Of a stretch of DNA of 64,000 nucleotides, positions 1 through 12,974 are shown in pieces. The stretch's first letter is position 1, and the number at the start of each line of letters is the position of its first letter. The notes beneath the pieces were generated by a model. It saw only the letters and a list, made by a program, of their open reading frames with translations. It was not told where the DNA came from and did not search any database. The stretch comes from Utricularia gibba (lineage: Eukaryota > Plantae > Magnoliophyta). Both the position numbers and the translations under genes were made by a program. The stretch covers positions 5,283,416 to 5,347,415 of the forward strand of contig CM007991.1 in the NCBI GenBank assembly GCA_002189035.1, read 5' to 3'.

Positions 1-2910
1 TATTCGTTCATTTGAGACAGAAAAAGCATCAAGGTCAATGGACATCGCCTGAAGCCATTTTTTGAGAAATTCCAACCACAAATTGAGGTCAATGTGCTGC
101 TTAATGCTAGTCCTAGTCTATTAACAGGGTTACAATCATCCAAGGACTATAAATTGGTGGTGCATGGCAGGCAACCCATGTTCTTAATTTCGTAACTCTT
201 CACTTTTTTCTTGTTTTTAGCATCCACCACCCCAGGTTCCTTTTAATTCCACCAAATGTAAACACTCATTTCTCTTTTAATTGATCTACACACTCTCTAC
301 CCTTCTACATTTTGAAATCCTCATTTTACCATTTTTTACCTCTTTCACTACTGTAACAAATGCTTGATTCCTCCTCCTGTCAACTAAAATTCTCTGATTT
401 TACTGTTTCACAACTGTCCTCTGTATTCAAACTCAAGACCCATTACTTGAGGGCCCTTGTTGTTTTAGTTCTAAATAGGTATTTAGGAGGGTGTTACAGC
501 ACATCTCGACAAGGCATCAGGATAATCGCCAATGTCATTGTGTTTTTGCTCTAGGCAATGATAAAGAAGCTCCCCAGAACCTTGGATGGTGAATTGCTAC
601 TCAAATGCACTCCATCACTACAAAGAATGAAAGGGTGCTTCCATTTGCTTCTCTTATTACCAAGCTCACCCAACACTTCAATGTTAATCAGGTAGATAAT
701 CATTTTTGAAGGAAGTTGAGGGGAAAGCCGTATTTGTGCAAGAAAATACCAAGAGTTTCATCACTTTCATTCCTCCAGCCATTGTCAATCCTTATGGTGC
801 GCCACAATAAATCTAACTAAGCACTACCTCATCCAGCCCAACCAAGCATACTCTCCTCCTAGCCATTCAAAGCCTCCACGAGCAGGTTTTCGTACTCTCC
901 AACAAACTACACTCCCTCATTGCCGCATGACTTAGGTAACCTTCATTGCACATGAGAATGAGAACATCCTCAAAATTAAGTGGGGGAAGGAGTTTATGTT
1001 TATTTTAAATTTTTAGTGTTTTATGGGCATTAGGACTTATGTGTAAATTAGTGTTGAATTTTTTCTTTTGTGCTTCATGCTTTGTTTTTCTTTTCTTTTT
1101 TGACAAAAAAAAATCCCATGCTCCTTAAGTATATTTGCTTTCATGATTAAGGTTAGAACTTTAGGATTGATCATGTTTATGTTCTTAAAATTCTTGTTGC
1201 TAGAAAAATACTTCAGTTTTTTTTTTCTAGATATTAAGTTCTTATTGCATGCATTAGAAAAGAGCATACCATAACTATGCCTAATTATTTTTTTCCTTTT
1301 ACGTATTATTTTGTGAATAAATTTATGATGTTCTTAGTCACTAGACCAAAAAAAATGAGAGACATTAGGGGGTGTCAAAGGTAAGATTGTTTGGCGAAAC
1401 TATAGTTAACCACCACACATAAGGTTTCATAACCAAACAATCTTCCTCAAAGTGGGAACTCCCTTCAAAAAAAAAAGATAGAAAAAAGAAAAAAGGTCTT
1501 TAGTCTAGTGTATGTTCTTGTTGCTTCTATTTACTTCAATTATACTGGCATACTAAGTAGTCACTAGTTTAAGTCTTTATCCGATGCATGCTTATTCGAG
1601 TAAGTAGCCTTAATTTGATTGATGGATAGGGAAATAAATAGAGTAAATACTTATGGTAGGATGAATGTATCTTAGTGATGCATTATGACTTAGGTTGTGT
1701 CCTTTTAGTGAATTGCTATGATGTTCATACATGAGGACAAGCATGATTTAAGTATGGAAGAATATGTAAAGTGTCATTTTTTACATATTTATTATATACT
1801 ATTATATGTTAATTTAGAATTAAATTGCCCTGTTAGAAGTTATATTAACAATTATTATATTTTTTATGAAAATTACCATTATTGCATCTATATATATTTT
1901 TGTGTACTATGGTAGAAAGCAATATTAAGTGTGGTTAGAGACAAAACACTGACATTTCATAACTTGTACACGACTTAGATTCATTGTGGGCATAAGAGTG
2001 ATATTGTTCAGGATCCATACCTCGCGACATGTCAAAAGTCTGATGTAATTCATTTTATTCTTCCTCTCCCCTATAGAGTGGATGAAGAATTTTACTTTTT
2101 TGTTTTTAATTTCCGTTTTCATAGCCATTTGTGTTTAAGTTTTTTAATTTTGGAAATTAATGAAGTTTCATTTAATGTCTTGAGCATAAATCTCGGTTCT
2201 TTTCAAAATATCTTTCAGATTTCGCATATTTTCATGCATCATGTTACAGTCTTTTTATAATATCTCTCAATCATGATCCAATTTATAGCCAATCACTTTT
2301 CGTGGATTTTGATGAAAAGCAAGATGAAGAATACCATCTCCAACCCTATTGGTTCAAGCGAGATAATGAATTATCTATGATCAGGATACTTTATTAATGG
2401 ATAGGTAGTGATCTTGTACTCACTATTGGTCACTGACAACAATTGAGCATACTAGCATAATTTGGTTTTTAGAGCAATCGACGATAATTTAGGGTATAAT
2501 CCTCTTGTCATCTCAATCATCCAAGAGGGAATCATATGAGGTTATTCCCATGCCTCTTTTTAGAAGAATATAAGAAAGAGTAAGTTATTCCTTACTCCTA
2601 TAACAAATTATTCGGAAGAAACCAATGAAAGACGAGGTGAGGAGAAATGAAGAAGAAAATAGAATCTCTTTCCCAAGAATTACTTTCCTTAAGGAAAATT
2701 CATTACATACGTTGTAATTCGTATTTAAGTCTTTCAAAACGTCTTTTATAAACCCATGACAATTTATAAAAGGTTAATAGAAATGTTTTTCACAAAACTC
2801 AATTCTCTGAAATCGACATTCGTACTATATTTTAAATATATAGAATCAAGTAGACCTAATTTTACATATTCTGCATGAGTATAGATCTAAATGTAAAATA
2901 GGTGATGACA
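1..2910 (+). mobile_element. 3' part of a degenerate Athila-type Ty3/Gypsy LTR retrotransposon (integrase tail, decayed extra ORF, PPT, 3' LTR)
   Basis: Bases ~28-90 translate as KVNGHRLKPFFEKFQPQIEV (Athila integrase C-terminus). Bases ~580-690 translate as IATQMHSITTKNERVLPFASLITKLTQHFNV (decayed Athila-type extra ORF). The conserved GAGGACAAGCATGATTTAAGTATGGAAGAATA motif/PPT at ~1734-1764 is followed by TG. Confidence 0.75.
1765..2910 (+). repeat. 3' LTR of the Athila-type element
   Basis: Starts TGTAAAGTGTCA immediately after the PPT and ends ...GGTGATGACA (TG...CA). The right boundary is inferred from the typical LTR-end composition. Confidence 0.55.
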
Positions 2911-3556
2911 TTAAGAACTGACTTAGTCAAAAACATCAAAAACAACCTGGATATACTTAAGTTGTTTGGAATATGCATATAGACCAATTGTAAATTAGAT
3001 TAAGAATTTCAACACCACATCATCTGAGCCACCTTAAGGTATCTTACTGTTATTTTTTTACTTAGAACCTGTATTTGTTATTTTCAACATTGAGACTTGA
3101 TTTTAATTATTGAACTTATTTAACGCTGCTAGTTTGACCTTGGACTTAAATTAAAATTTATCTGGAATTCTACATCTCGAAAAGTACATTATGAATACTT
3201 GCTTTTTATGATCAACCTCAAAATTCATTATCCAATTTTTATTAAATTTTTGTTTCGTAAAAAATATAGTTTATAAATTTATTTGATATGGAATTTTAGT
3301 TTTTGATATGAAAATTTTTGTTTATTGGTAGGCTACTCATAGAGAGTTCAATTTATTTTTTTGTTAGATTATACTATTTTATAAAATTAAAAGTCATTCA
3401 AAAATCATTTAAAGAGATTAAAAATAAATAACTAAATTATTAAAAGTATTATCAACTTTATTCATTTGTAGTTTTTACATTAAAAAAATGCTTCAATCTT
3501 GAAATATCATTTATATAACTATATAAATTTTAATTTTACTTAATGAAAAATAAATA

Positions 3557-3906
3557 TATAATGAATACGAATCAAACTCTCACTCATCATTTCTAAAAAT
3601 CATAATACAACCAATTAAGCTACATGTATAAATTATACATAAATCACGCTCGTGTTGTGATTCATATATGATACGAATATAGATTATGTATAAGCCCTAA
3701 CCTGCATGTTGTTTTGTAATTATACACCAGTCACTCTTGTATTTATATAATCAAGCTACACAAATGTGACTTATACATAACCAACACTTGTTTCATATAT
3801 AAAAAAACCACATGAGCAATTTATGTATAACTTATACACATACCTTAATTGATTGTATTTTGATTTTTAGAATTGATAATTGAGAGTTTGATTCGTATTC
3901 ATTATA
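3557..3906. mobile_element. Foldback / MITE-like element with ~140-bp imperfect inverted arms
   Basis: TATAATGAATACGAATCAAACTCTCA...TTATACATAAAT (3557-3645) matches the reverse complement of 3818-3906. Pairing continues inward (GCTCGTGTTG...TTATGTATAAG versus CTTATACATAA...CACATGAGC), leaving a loop of ~75 bp. Confidence 0.8.
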
Positions 3907-5062
3907 AATTTTATTATTTACAAAATTAAAATTAAAATTTAAAAATATTATTATGAAATTACTTATATTTTTTAGATATTTTAATTAATATAATTTTTAA
4001 TTAATATTATTATGAAGATTTTCATAAGAAACAAGTTATTAAACAATTGCTCCTATACATTCATCATGAATAGAATGTATTTAATAGATATATTTTCAAA
4101 AAATATTTTAAATAAAATATAATATGAGTAATATGAATAATTATATGATTTGTATAAGGATGTGGGTTACACATTGGCATGTGGATTTGAAATGTCATAT
4201 GAACATGAATTATGTTATAAATCATGATCGTATTTAATTCATTATGAATAATTGTTACATGTATTTAATGACATTTTTAATATATTAATATTTTTTAATC
4301 CTTATATATGTTATTTTTTTGTAAAAAACTGTATTTCATAAATTTAATTTACAAATAAAGTTTTTCTTTGATAAAAATATATTTTGTAATTATCATTTTT
4401 TATAAAATAAAAAATATATATCTAATAGAAGTTGTAACTTATATATATTTTATAAGTTATTTTTTATAATCTGTATTTATTATGGTATGAAAAAAACATG
4501 AATTTGTGTCATATTGTATTAAAATGAATTACACTTACGTTTAATTTAAAATATTAATAATTATGTGCATATAAAAAATTATCAATGTGGGTGATAATAT
4601 TAAAATTTATTTTGATTTTTTTATGTTAAATTTACGTTTTGAATAAAAAATTGATATTTAAAAATATAATCATTATCAAATAAAAGAAATATATTTAGAA
4701 ATTATAATTATGAAATATGTTATTTAGACATTAACATGAATGAAAATAATTATTTATCAAAGGATTTTTGTTTTTTTTTTTTTTTTGGAAGAGGTTTATT
4801 TTGCTCATTCCTCCCTGTTCTACACTTTTTTTCCCAATGCTGTGCTGTTTCACAACTAATGTATCTAAATAGTAGGTAGCGTATGCTAGGGATTAGAGAT
4901 GCAAAGCAGGAAGCAATGTGGTGCATTAAAGCGCAAGGAATATCCCTTGGCCTTGAGCAGGCAAGAAGGGATCGCGGCCAGGACGCGTGTAGAGTAAACT
5001 GCGTGGGAGTGCAGCGGACCCCTACCCTACCCTCCCCTACCACAAACCAATTTCAATAAATA

Positions 5063-5080
5063 TCTCTCTCTCTCTCTCTC
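5063..5080 (+). repeat. (TC)9 microsatellite
   Basis: tctctctctctctctctc read directly. Confidence 0.9.
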
Positions 5081-6720
5081 AACATGCATTTGCATTGCAT
5101 GCACTCACAAGAATAAATATGTGGCGCATTGCCCCAATTATTAATTAATTGCGTAATCTCATGTTCTTCTAAAATAACGCGCAACCCAACATTTCGAAAG
5201 ATGTGATCAAGTCGGGTGGCCTGTCCTGTGAAAGAATGGACGCCCACGACTCGTCCCATGGGGATCCGCACATGTTACCATGGCCCAAATTCTGCGGAAA
5301 GGTGGAGCCCAGTGTGTCTGTCTGAAACATAAAGCAGTACAATTATTCTTTCGCCGATCGGACATTGAGCCACTGCTCGCCCGGCTCGTGGCATTTCATT
5401 AAACTCCTTTTTTTTAAAAAAAATCTGGTTTAAAACCAAAATGAATAATTGAGTGGGAGTGAGATGATGATTTCTCACACCCGTTCCGTTTCCGTTTTGC
5501 ACTCTCCAAGGCGATTTTGTTTTGTTTTACCACAGAATTAATGGAAAAAAGTAAACGCTCCTGGTTTACCGTCACGTGCTCCACATGATTTTACGTATCC
5601 ATTCTTATCATTTCTTTCTCTTTGTTATTACAAAGTGAAATGACTCATGTGTGCAGTGCGGCAGCAGCATATGTGCTCCAAGGGAACACCCCACATGCCA
5701 AGACCTTTTTCATCGAGGGGGAAGGGAAGGGAAAAGGAGGGAACACCAAAAAGGACATCTTTCATTATGAATTTGGTCCCAGAACAGGACAACTCCCCCA
5801 TTCCCATCCTCCTAATTCTCTTTGAAAACAAAACAAAAAAAAAATAGTCATCAAATTTGTGTCCACTGACTAAGTTTCTCTTGATTGAAGGTGTACAAGA
5901 AGCATTTTCAGAATCTTCCTGCTGATTTGTGATAGCAGAGATTCCACCTATATTATACAACAACACATGCTATGGGGACTGCAGCCGCCCGCGTCGCAAG
6001 TATTATCAAACTGAACATGCTCCTGACATTACCCTCATCCCGAGTAACTCTATCGCAAGTTAAGTTTGCTCAATTGTTGGTGCACTGTCTACCTTCCTAC
6101 CCCACAGTCGTTCCTCGTAGCATCACCACTTGTCTTTAATGAACCCATCTTCAATCTTGATTTTACCGTTGTTCCCTCGATTCCCAGGGGCTCTCTCCTT
6201 CCTCCTCCTTCCACTCAATCCACAGCACAAGCAAGCGTCTGCGGATTCACTACCTCCCAACGTTGACCGATCCATCCGTTTCCCGAAAGCATAACCCAGA
6301 TCAATCTCATTTTTTCTTTTCACCGCTAGCTGCTTCTGTTCCTGCTGGGGATTCTAATTGAGGGAACTCGCATCCGTGACTTCCAGGTATCTGCCCAGGG
6401 TTGTGGGGCTCTTGTTTCCCCAGATCGAAAGATAGGGTCTTTCCCTGGAGGAGATGACGGTTCGTGGTCTTTGACGTACTATTGCGTACCAAGGAATTAG
6501 AGCTGTTCTCACATGTGGGTTGCTCTTGTTTGGTGTTGGAGCTGCGCGGGTATGCTTCTCTTTGATTCTTGGGCCTGTATCGAGGCTGATTGAGAGTTGT
6601 GAATTTGCATAAGCTCACATTGTTCAGGAAATTAGTCGCTTTCCCTTAGTTGCGTGCTATTTTCTGGAAATTTCGTTCAGTTTTATTGTTTTTCGAAATT
6701 GAGAGCTGGTTTTCTCGTGA

Positions 6721-9700
6721 ATGGAGGCTAAGGTAGGCGGTAAGTTGCATCGTTTCTGTGAGCCTTCTGTGTCAGATTTGAATGGGCTCGGGAAAAGGAG
6801 TATTGAGTGGGATTTGAATGATTGGAGATGGGATGGAGATTTTCTAAGGGTTTCTCCGTTGAATCCAGTGCCATCAGATTGTAGAAGTGGACACCCCGTT
6901 GCCCCTCAAGGTCCCGTAAAGAACGGTTCTCTTAACTTTTTAGCATCATTGTCTGAAAAGGCTTTACTTGAGAATGAGATGGAGAAGAGGGACTCTGAGA
7001 AAAGAAGGCGATATATTGAGGTAAATCAGGAGCATGAGAATGATGAAGCTGGATCGCTTGATTTGGTGTTGGGTGGTCAAGTGTTTCCAGTGGTGGATAA
7101 GGAAACCGATAAATGGGAAAAGAGTGGGAAAAAGTTCAAATTATGTGGCGAGCAATCTACTCGCACTATTTGTCAAGTTGTAGATTGTAAAGCTGATCTA
7201 AGCAATGCTAAGGATTATCACAGACGGCATAAAGTTTGTGAAGTGCATTCCAAGGCGAGCAGAGCTTTAGTCGGAAATATCATGCAAAGATTTTGTCAGC
7301 AGTGCAGCAGGTTAATTCTCATTTCTGTTTCTTTAAGAAATTTCAGTAGCTATTCCTTCGGCCTGTGTTTGTCATCTGTCATATGTTTAACATTATTCAG
7401 AGCTTGTGTTTTTTTATATTCGTACATAAGTTTTTTCTCACCGAATTGCATTTTTGTTGATTCATTATCTTGCTCTTCATCTGTAGGTTTCATATTCTTG
7501 AAGAATTTGATGAAGGGAAAAGGAGTTGTCGCAGGCGGCTGGCTGGCCATAATAAACGGAGAAGGAAAGCTCATCCAGAGAATGCAGCCGGCTCTACTTC
7601 ACTTAATGATGATCAGGGCACCAAGTATCTGTTAATCAGTCTGCTGAGAATACTCTCCAATATACAGTGTAAGTAGTTACGCATTTGTTAGTGCTGAGAT
7701 CCCAAACATTACCTTGGAACTAGCAACTCGAGTACCTTGATGATCTAAAGGAGTGACCTGACCTAAGATTTCTGACATGTTCTTGATTGCTACTGTGATA
7801 TGAACGCTTTGTCAGATGTTTTCATGCTCTGAACTGCCAGTATGATTCCATAGTCTTCTCTTTTTGCCGTTCCCTGCCCTGCAGTTAATTTCAACTCTCC
7901 GTATTTTGTAATTACAGCCGGTAGCTCAGATCAAACACGGGATCAGGATTTGCTTTCCCATCTTCTCAAAAATCTTGCTGCCGTATCTGGTTCTTCTAAT
8001 ATTTCAAATCCTAGAGGATTGCTGTCTGTATCTCCAGATTTTCAGAATGCAGGAACGTCTTGTGGAACAACAATAAGGGTACTAGTTTAAATTCTCAAAT
8101 ATTTTGTTGAGAATGATCTTATTTTGTCTTACTGCATCTTACTGCATCTTACTGCAGGGCAATGGCAGTCCTGATGAGATAGCGTTGCCCCTGCCCCATA
8201 CTAGTCTGACTTGCAAGGATGCCCTGACTGATAATGCTCAAGTTGGGCCAGCTCGTGAAACATCTCCTCTGCGATACGCTACTCCTTCAGCCAAGACCAG
8301 TGCTTGCGCTGAAAGGCTGAAAATGAATAATATTGATCTAAACAGTGTGTATGATGATTCTGAAGATCACACGGAAGATTTGATGTATAATGTCCCCTTG
8401 AGAATCCATCACCATGTGTCTCACCTTGGTCTTTTAAAGATTCACAAAGGTCTAGTCCTCCTCAGAGTCAATCACCGTCAACATCAAGCGGGGAGGCACA
8501 GGTACATCTGATTTTACAGCCATCTCGTTAGTTAATTGCTTGAAGGGATTAATTCAAAAAGCAGTGTTCGCCTATGTTGAACCATTTATTTTTGTACTTG
8601 CAGAGTCGGACAGATCGGATTGTTTTTAAGCTTTTTGGGAAAGATCCAAATGATTTTCCTCATGAACTAAGAAAGCAGGTTCGTTTTTCCTGGTTTTATG
8701 GCAACATATTTTTCCTTTTCTTTCTGTTGATTCTCAATATCAAGCTCTTACTTTGTTGACTCCAATGCCAGATGATTGATTGGCTCTCCAGTAGTCCTAC
8801 TGATATTGAGGGCTATATCAGGCCTGGTTGCATCATATTAACAATTTATGCGTGCATGGATAAATCAAGCTGGGATGAGGTAATTTTGTCAGCTCCCAGG
8901 GATTCATCACTAACTGTCTCGCAAGGATCAACTCTGACACCTGTGATTGCTTCTTTTTAAGCTACAATGCAATCTAAATTCCAGTTTGAAGAGGCTTCTT
9001 GATGCATCTTCCGATCCCTTTTGGACAACTGATTGGATCTATACTAGAGTACAACATCGCGCCTCTTTTGTATACAATGGTATTATCAATTCATATACCC
9101 TCTGCACCTCTTCATGTTTTTTATTTGGGGAGCTATGTAAAGTTGTTGGGTTGGAGACTAAAAATCTTTTTTGTTTCACTGCAGGTGAGGTTGTTTTAGA
9201 TATTCCCACACTTCTCGGAGGAGCCCGTGAGGGTTGCTGGATATCAATGATCTCACCGATTGCTGTTTCCTTTTCCGAAACAGTTCATTTTTCTGTTAAA
9301 GGTTATAACTTGTCTGGTTCAACATCAAGGTATCCTGGTTTGGGGTCCAATCTTTTATTTTTTATAATATTCATTTCCATGTTGCTTTCTTCATTCTCAG
9401 TTACTGGATATATCTCGTCTTAGAGGTTTGTTACAACTGTATTAGGTTACTTTGTGCTCTCGAAGGGAGTTATATTTTCCAAGAAAGTTGTGCTGATGTC
9501 GTTGGAGCTGATTCTTTTGCTGATAATGGAGAGATCCAGTTCCTCCAGTTCTCGTGTGCGGTTCCAAATGTTGTTGGGAGAGGATTTGTTGAGGTCATGT
9601 TGTCAACTTAGTTGTGCTTGTTTTCATCTTGGCTTTTTTTTTTTTTTTTTTCTTTTTTGCCTTCTCTTTTTTCTGGGGTATTGAGTAGGACTTTCACTTT

Positions 9701-10875
9701 TGCAGGTTGAAGACTACTGCCTTAACAGCAGCTTTTTCCCATTTATTGTTGCAGAAAAGGATGTCTGCGAAGCAATTTGTGATTTGGAGAAGGTTGTTGA
9801 TGTCTCCGACTCCGAAAATTTAGATGCTGATAAAACTGAAGCTAGAAATCAGGCTTTGAATTTTGTGCATGAAATGGGATGGCTTCTTCACAAACATAGC
9901 TTGATTCTGAGTTTAGGTGAAACGAGAGATGATGTGGATCTGTTCTCTTTCAGACGCTTCAAGTGTCTAATTGAATATGCCATCGATCATGGTTGGCCAG
10001 CAGTGGCAAGGAAGCTTTTGAATGTTCTATTTGATGGAACTGTGGGTACAGGGAAAGACACCTCTGCTGTGACTTCCTTGTTAGACCTTGGGCTTCTCCA
10101 TCGTGCAATTCGAAGAAATAGCATACCCATGGTCAAATTTTTGTTGGAGTACCAACCAAGTGGAGCATCGTCTAGAAGTGCAGATGCGCATAAAGAAACG
10201 GATTGTCGCAGCTTTTTGTTCAGGCCTGATTCCACTGGCCCCGGTGGGTTGACTCCTCTTCATATTGCTGCTGGTTTAGACGACGCGGAAGATTTAGTTG
10301 ATGCATTAACTGAAGACCCCGAATCGGTATGCCTCTCATTGCGGTGTTCCGTGTTGTCTGCTAAGACACTCATGCATCTTACCCTTTATACGATTGATAT
10401 AAACATGGCTGATGATCTCATTTGGTAGGTTGGGATGGGAGCATGGAAGAGCATCCGCGACTACACTGGATTGACTCCGCATGATTACGCCTGCCTGCGG
10501 GGTCACTACTCCTACATCTATCTGGTTCAAAGGAAACAACTGTCGAAGAGCCATGGCCAAGTAGTGATAGATGTTCCAGTTACCCAACTAGATGCGGCCA
10601 TAAGCAAGCAGAAAATGGCAGATGTAAGCAGCAAGATGGCGGTATTCCATACAGAGAAGACTGCGGGAGAGATGATGAGTTGCAGGAAATGTGAGCAGAT
10701 GCTGTTGTATGGGAGCCCGAAACCATCGGTTGCTCTATACAGACCTGCGATGCTGTCGATGGTGTTGATTGCTGCTGTGTGCGTGTGCGCCGCTTTGCTA
10801 TTCAAGTCCTCGCCAGAAGTTGTGTACTTGTTCCGACCGTTCAGGTGGGAGCTGCTCAAGTATGGGGCGGAATGA
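6721..10875 (+). CDS. SPL1: Squamosa promoter-binding-like protein, SPL1/SPL12 clade (SBP domain, ankyrin-like region, C-terminal TM); apparent 1-nt frameshift in exon 4
   Basis: SBP zinc finger [28 protein letters not shown]...FCQQCSR|[27 protein letters not shown]; N-terminal [11 protein letters not shown]; [19 protein letters not shown]; [15 protein letters not shown]; [12 protein letters not shown]; C-terminal [16 protein letters not shown] exons: 6721-7310, 7487-7668, 7918-8078, 8158-8501, 8604-8678, 8772-8879, 8962-9079, 9185-9329, 9446-9593, 9706-10326, 10429-10875. Phases are consistent except for one missing base in exon 4. SPL1 versus SPL12 cannot be resolved by eye. Confidence 0.93.
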
Positions 10876-11341
10876 GGAGGCCAAGCGAAGTGCTGTTGTG
10901 GATTAGATACAGAAAAACCATAAATGCGGGATTGTATGCTACCCAGTCAAAAAACCACTACTTGTGCTCATATGCTGTTTACAGGGAGGGAATCTTGCCA
11001 TTGAAAAAAAAAAAAAAAACGAGTGTTGTTTACTGTTTGCATCGAAATCAATTTGGATGGGGTGCTTTACTGTTCTATAGAGCCAAATACATAGACGTGG
11101 ATGGGGAGTAATCGACACTTGGGTGGAGAAAAAAAAAAAAAAAAAAAGGGTTCAGGGTTCTCCTCCACCGGTGCGTCGCCGATGTTTTGGTTAACTGTCC
11201 GGTAATTTGAGGGTTCAGGGAAAAGTCGCTTCCTTGTTTCCCATCCCTCTCCAGTGGTTGTAGGCGTTTCTCTGTCTGTTTGGAATAATATTTCATGTCA
11301 AGTTTCTCGAAATCGAAGGATAGTCGGCAGCCCCGTCCCAG

Positions 11342-11962
11342 ATGGCATCCCCATTCGGTATCAGCAGGGCTTTCGATTTCGTGGTGCCCAGGAACGATTC
11401 CAACTCCAGACTGCTTACTCTTGTTACCTTTGGCGAAGTTGTACCGTATACGTTGACTTGTAAGCCGCGATTGATGTGAGTCGCAGAATGCTATGCTTTG
11501 TTCTTGATCTTTCCGAATGCGTGTGTGGCATTAACAAAAGGCGCACTGTTGTGCAGGAGGATAGTGTGGTCTCTGAGAAGCTCACCCGATGACAGTAGGC
11601 TAGGTTTTTCTCCTCCAAATGACTCCTCCACAGGCGGGACGAGGCTCCTTAAGACTATCCAGGCTATTCGGATTAAAATAGTCGCAAGAAGCAAGGAATT
11701 GATGAAGAATTTTCCCGTCAAGTTGTTTTCTCTGTTCGTGGGCTTCTACTGCGCCACTGCGTTTGCGACGGTAATTGGGCAAACGGGTGACTGGGATGTG
11801 CTTTCTGCCGCTCTCATGGTGGCTGTTGTTGAGGGCATTGGGGCTCTGATGTACAATGCTTCCCTTCCTTTGGGGGATAACTTGCGCAACTGCATCACCA
11901 TATTCAACTACTGGAAGGCGGGACTTTCACTTGGACTGTTTCTAGATTCATTCAAATATTGA
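11342..11962 (+). CDS. Ycf20-like (DUF565) protein, probably plastid-targeted
   Basis: Exon 1 11342-11475 (MASPFGISRAFDF...RLM), GT-AG intron 11476-11556, exon 2 11557-11962 with LFVGFYCATAFATVIGQTGDWDVLSAA...FNYWKAGLSLGLFLDSFKY (ycf20 family motifs). Confidence 0.85.
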
Positions 11963-12974
11963 AGGCAGTCGAATACCAAGTACAGAATCATGGTGCCGTG
12001 CCATCAGTTGGGAGCAGGTGGTCTGCTTCCTGTATCGAATCTCGCTCTGTTGGGGGATTTGGAGTTGGTGTTGGCAGCCTGACCTGAGCGCTTGATGATC
12101 CATCCGTGTGGTCTGTTCGACTCTTCACTGCTCATTTTTAGTTAGTTTCCATGAGAGCATACCCATAGCATGTAGTACAGCAGGACAGGGAGTTTTCTCG
12201 AAGACCTCAAGTTTTGTGCTCCGCTATCGCTACTCTCTGTAGTTGTTTGAAAGGCACATAGCATATCCGGGGAATACGTGTGTGTTGTCAGAGGAATCAA
12301 ATTGTCAATATTTTACATGCAGTTGTGCATATCAGAGACAGACTGCTTTGCCTAGAACCTTGGCTTGGGGGTGCCTGCAACATGCAATCCGATTTCACAT
12401 CTGATGCTGATCAGCAATCGTACCGCTTACAGGAGGCTACTGCCACAGCTTGGCACTCCATTCTTCTGTAAAAAATAACCTCCTCATTTTGTAGATGCAA
12501 TCCCTAAATCAGCACATGTGTGGAGTAGATACATACAGAATTTGCTCCCTCGGTGATGGAACACGAGCCGCAGTATTGTCCGCTTTTTTGTGCGGCAAAA
12601 TCTGGGCTTGCGCTTGCGTTGGATTCGCCGGAATTCTATGGCGATAAGATGATACGTGAAGGGCAAATTCGTCAACTCAAATTATTCCTCATGGATCATG
12701 GACGAGGTCAACAATCTTGCCGACACGACACCGAGGGAGTTTTTCATTCGTCTCCCTCAGCAACGACAACGGAACGCGTTTACAATTAATTCCTGGGGAT
12801 CGTTGACGGTGAGACCAGCGATCAAAAACTCGGAGCGATCAGAAAAGCTCTGGACTCGGAGCTTGTTTCGTATCCCTCGGAAATCGTTCCTTGTGCTTGT
12901 CCGCTGAACCGCGCGAAATTCGCAGCAGTGACTGCCGAAAGATGAAGCCCAAGATAATCCAAAGTTCCAAGGAC

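Noticed and set aside
4750-6620. Several 64-112-aa ORFs upstream of SPL
   Set aside because: Low-complexity or compositionally random translations with no family motif; consistent with promoter and 5'UTR.
11954-12090. Possible frameshift extending the ycf20-like C-terminus (TAT TGA AGG versus TAT GAA GGC)
   Set aside because: Some homologues may continue past FKY, but the shifted frame shows no recognisable similarity and I cannot verify homologue lengths; the stop at 11960-11962 is accepted.
12000-12900. Short ORFs and TGATGA/CTGA-like boxes between the ycf20-like and IST1-like genes (snoRNA or small gene?)
   Set aside because: No properly spaced C/D pair with a terminal stem and no recognisable protein motif; best explained as UTR/promoter sequence.
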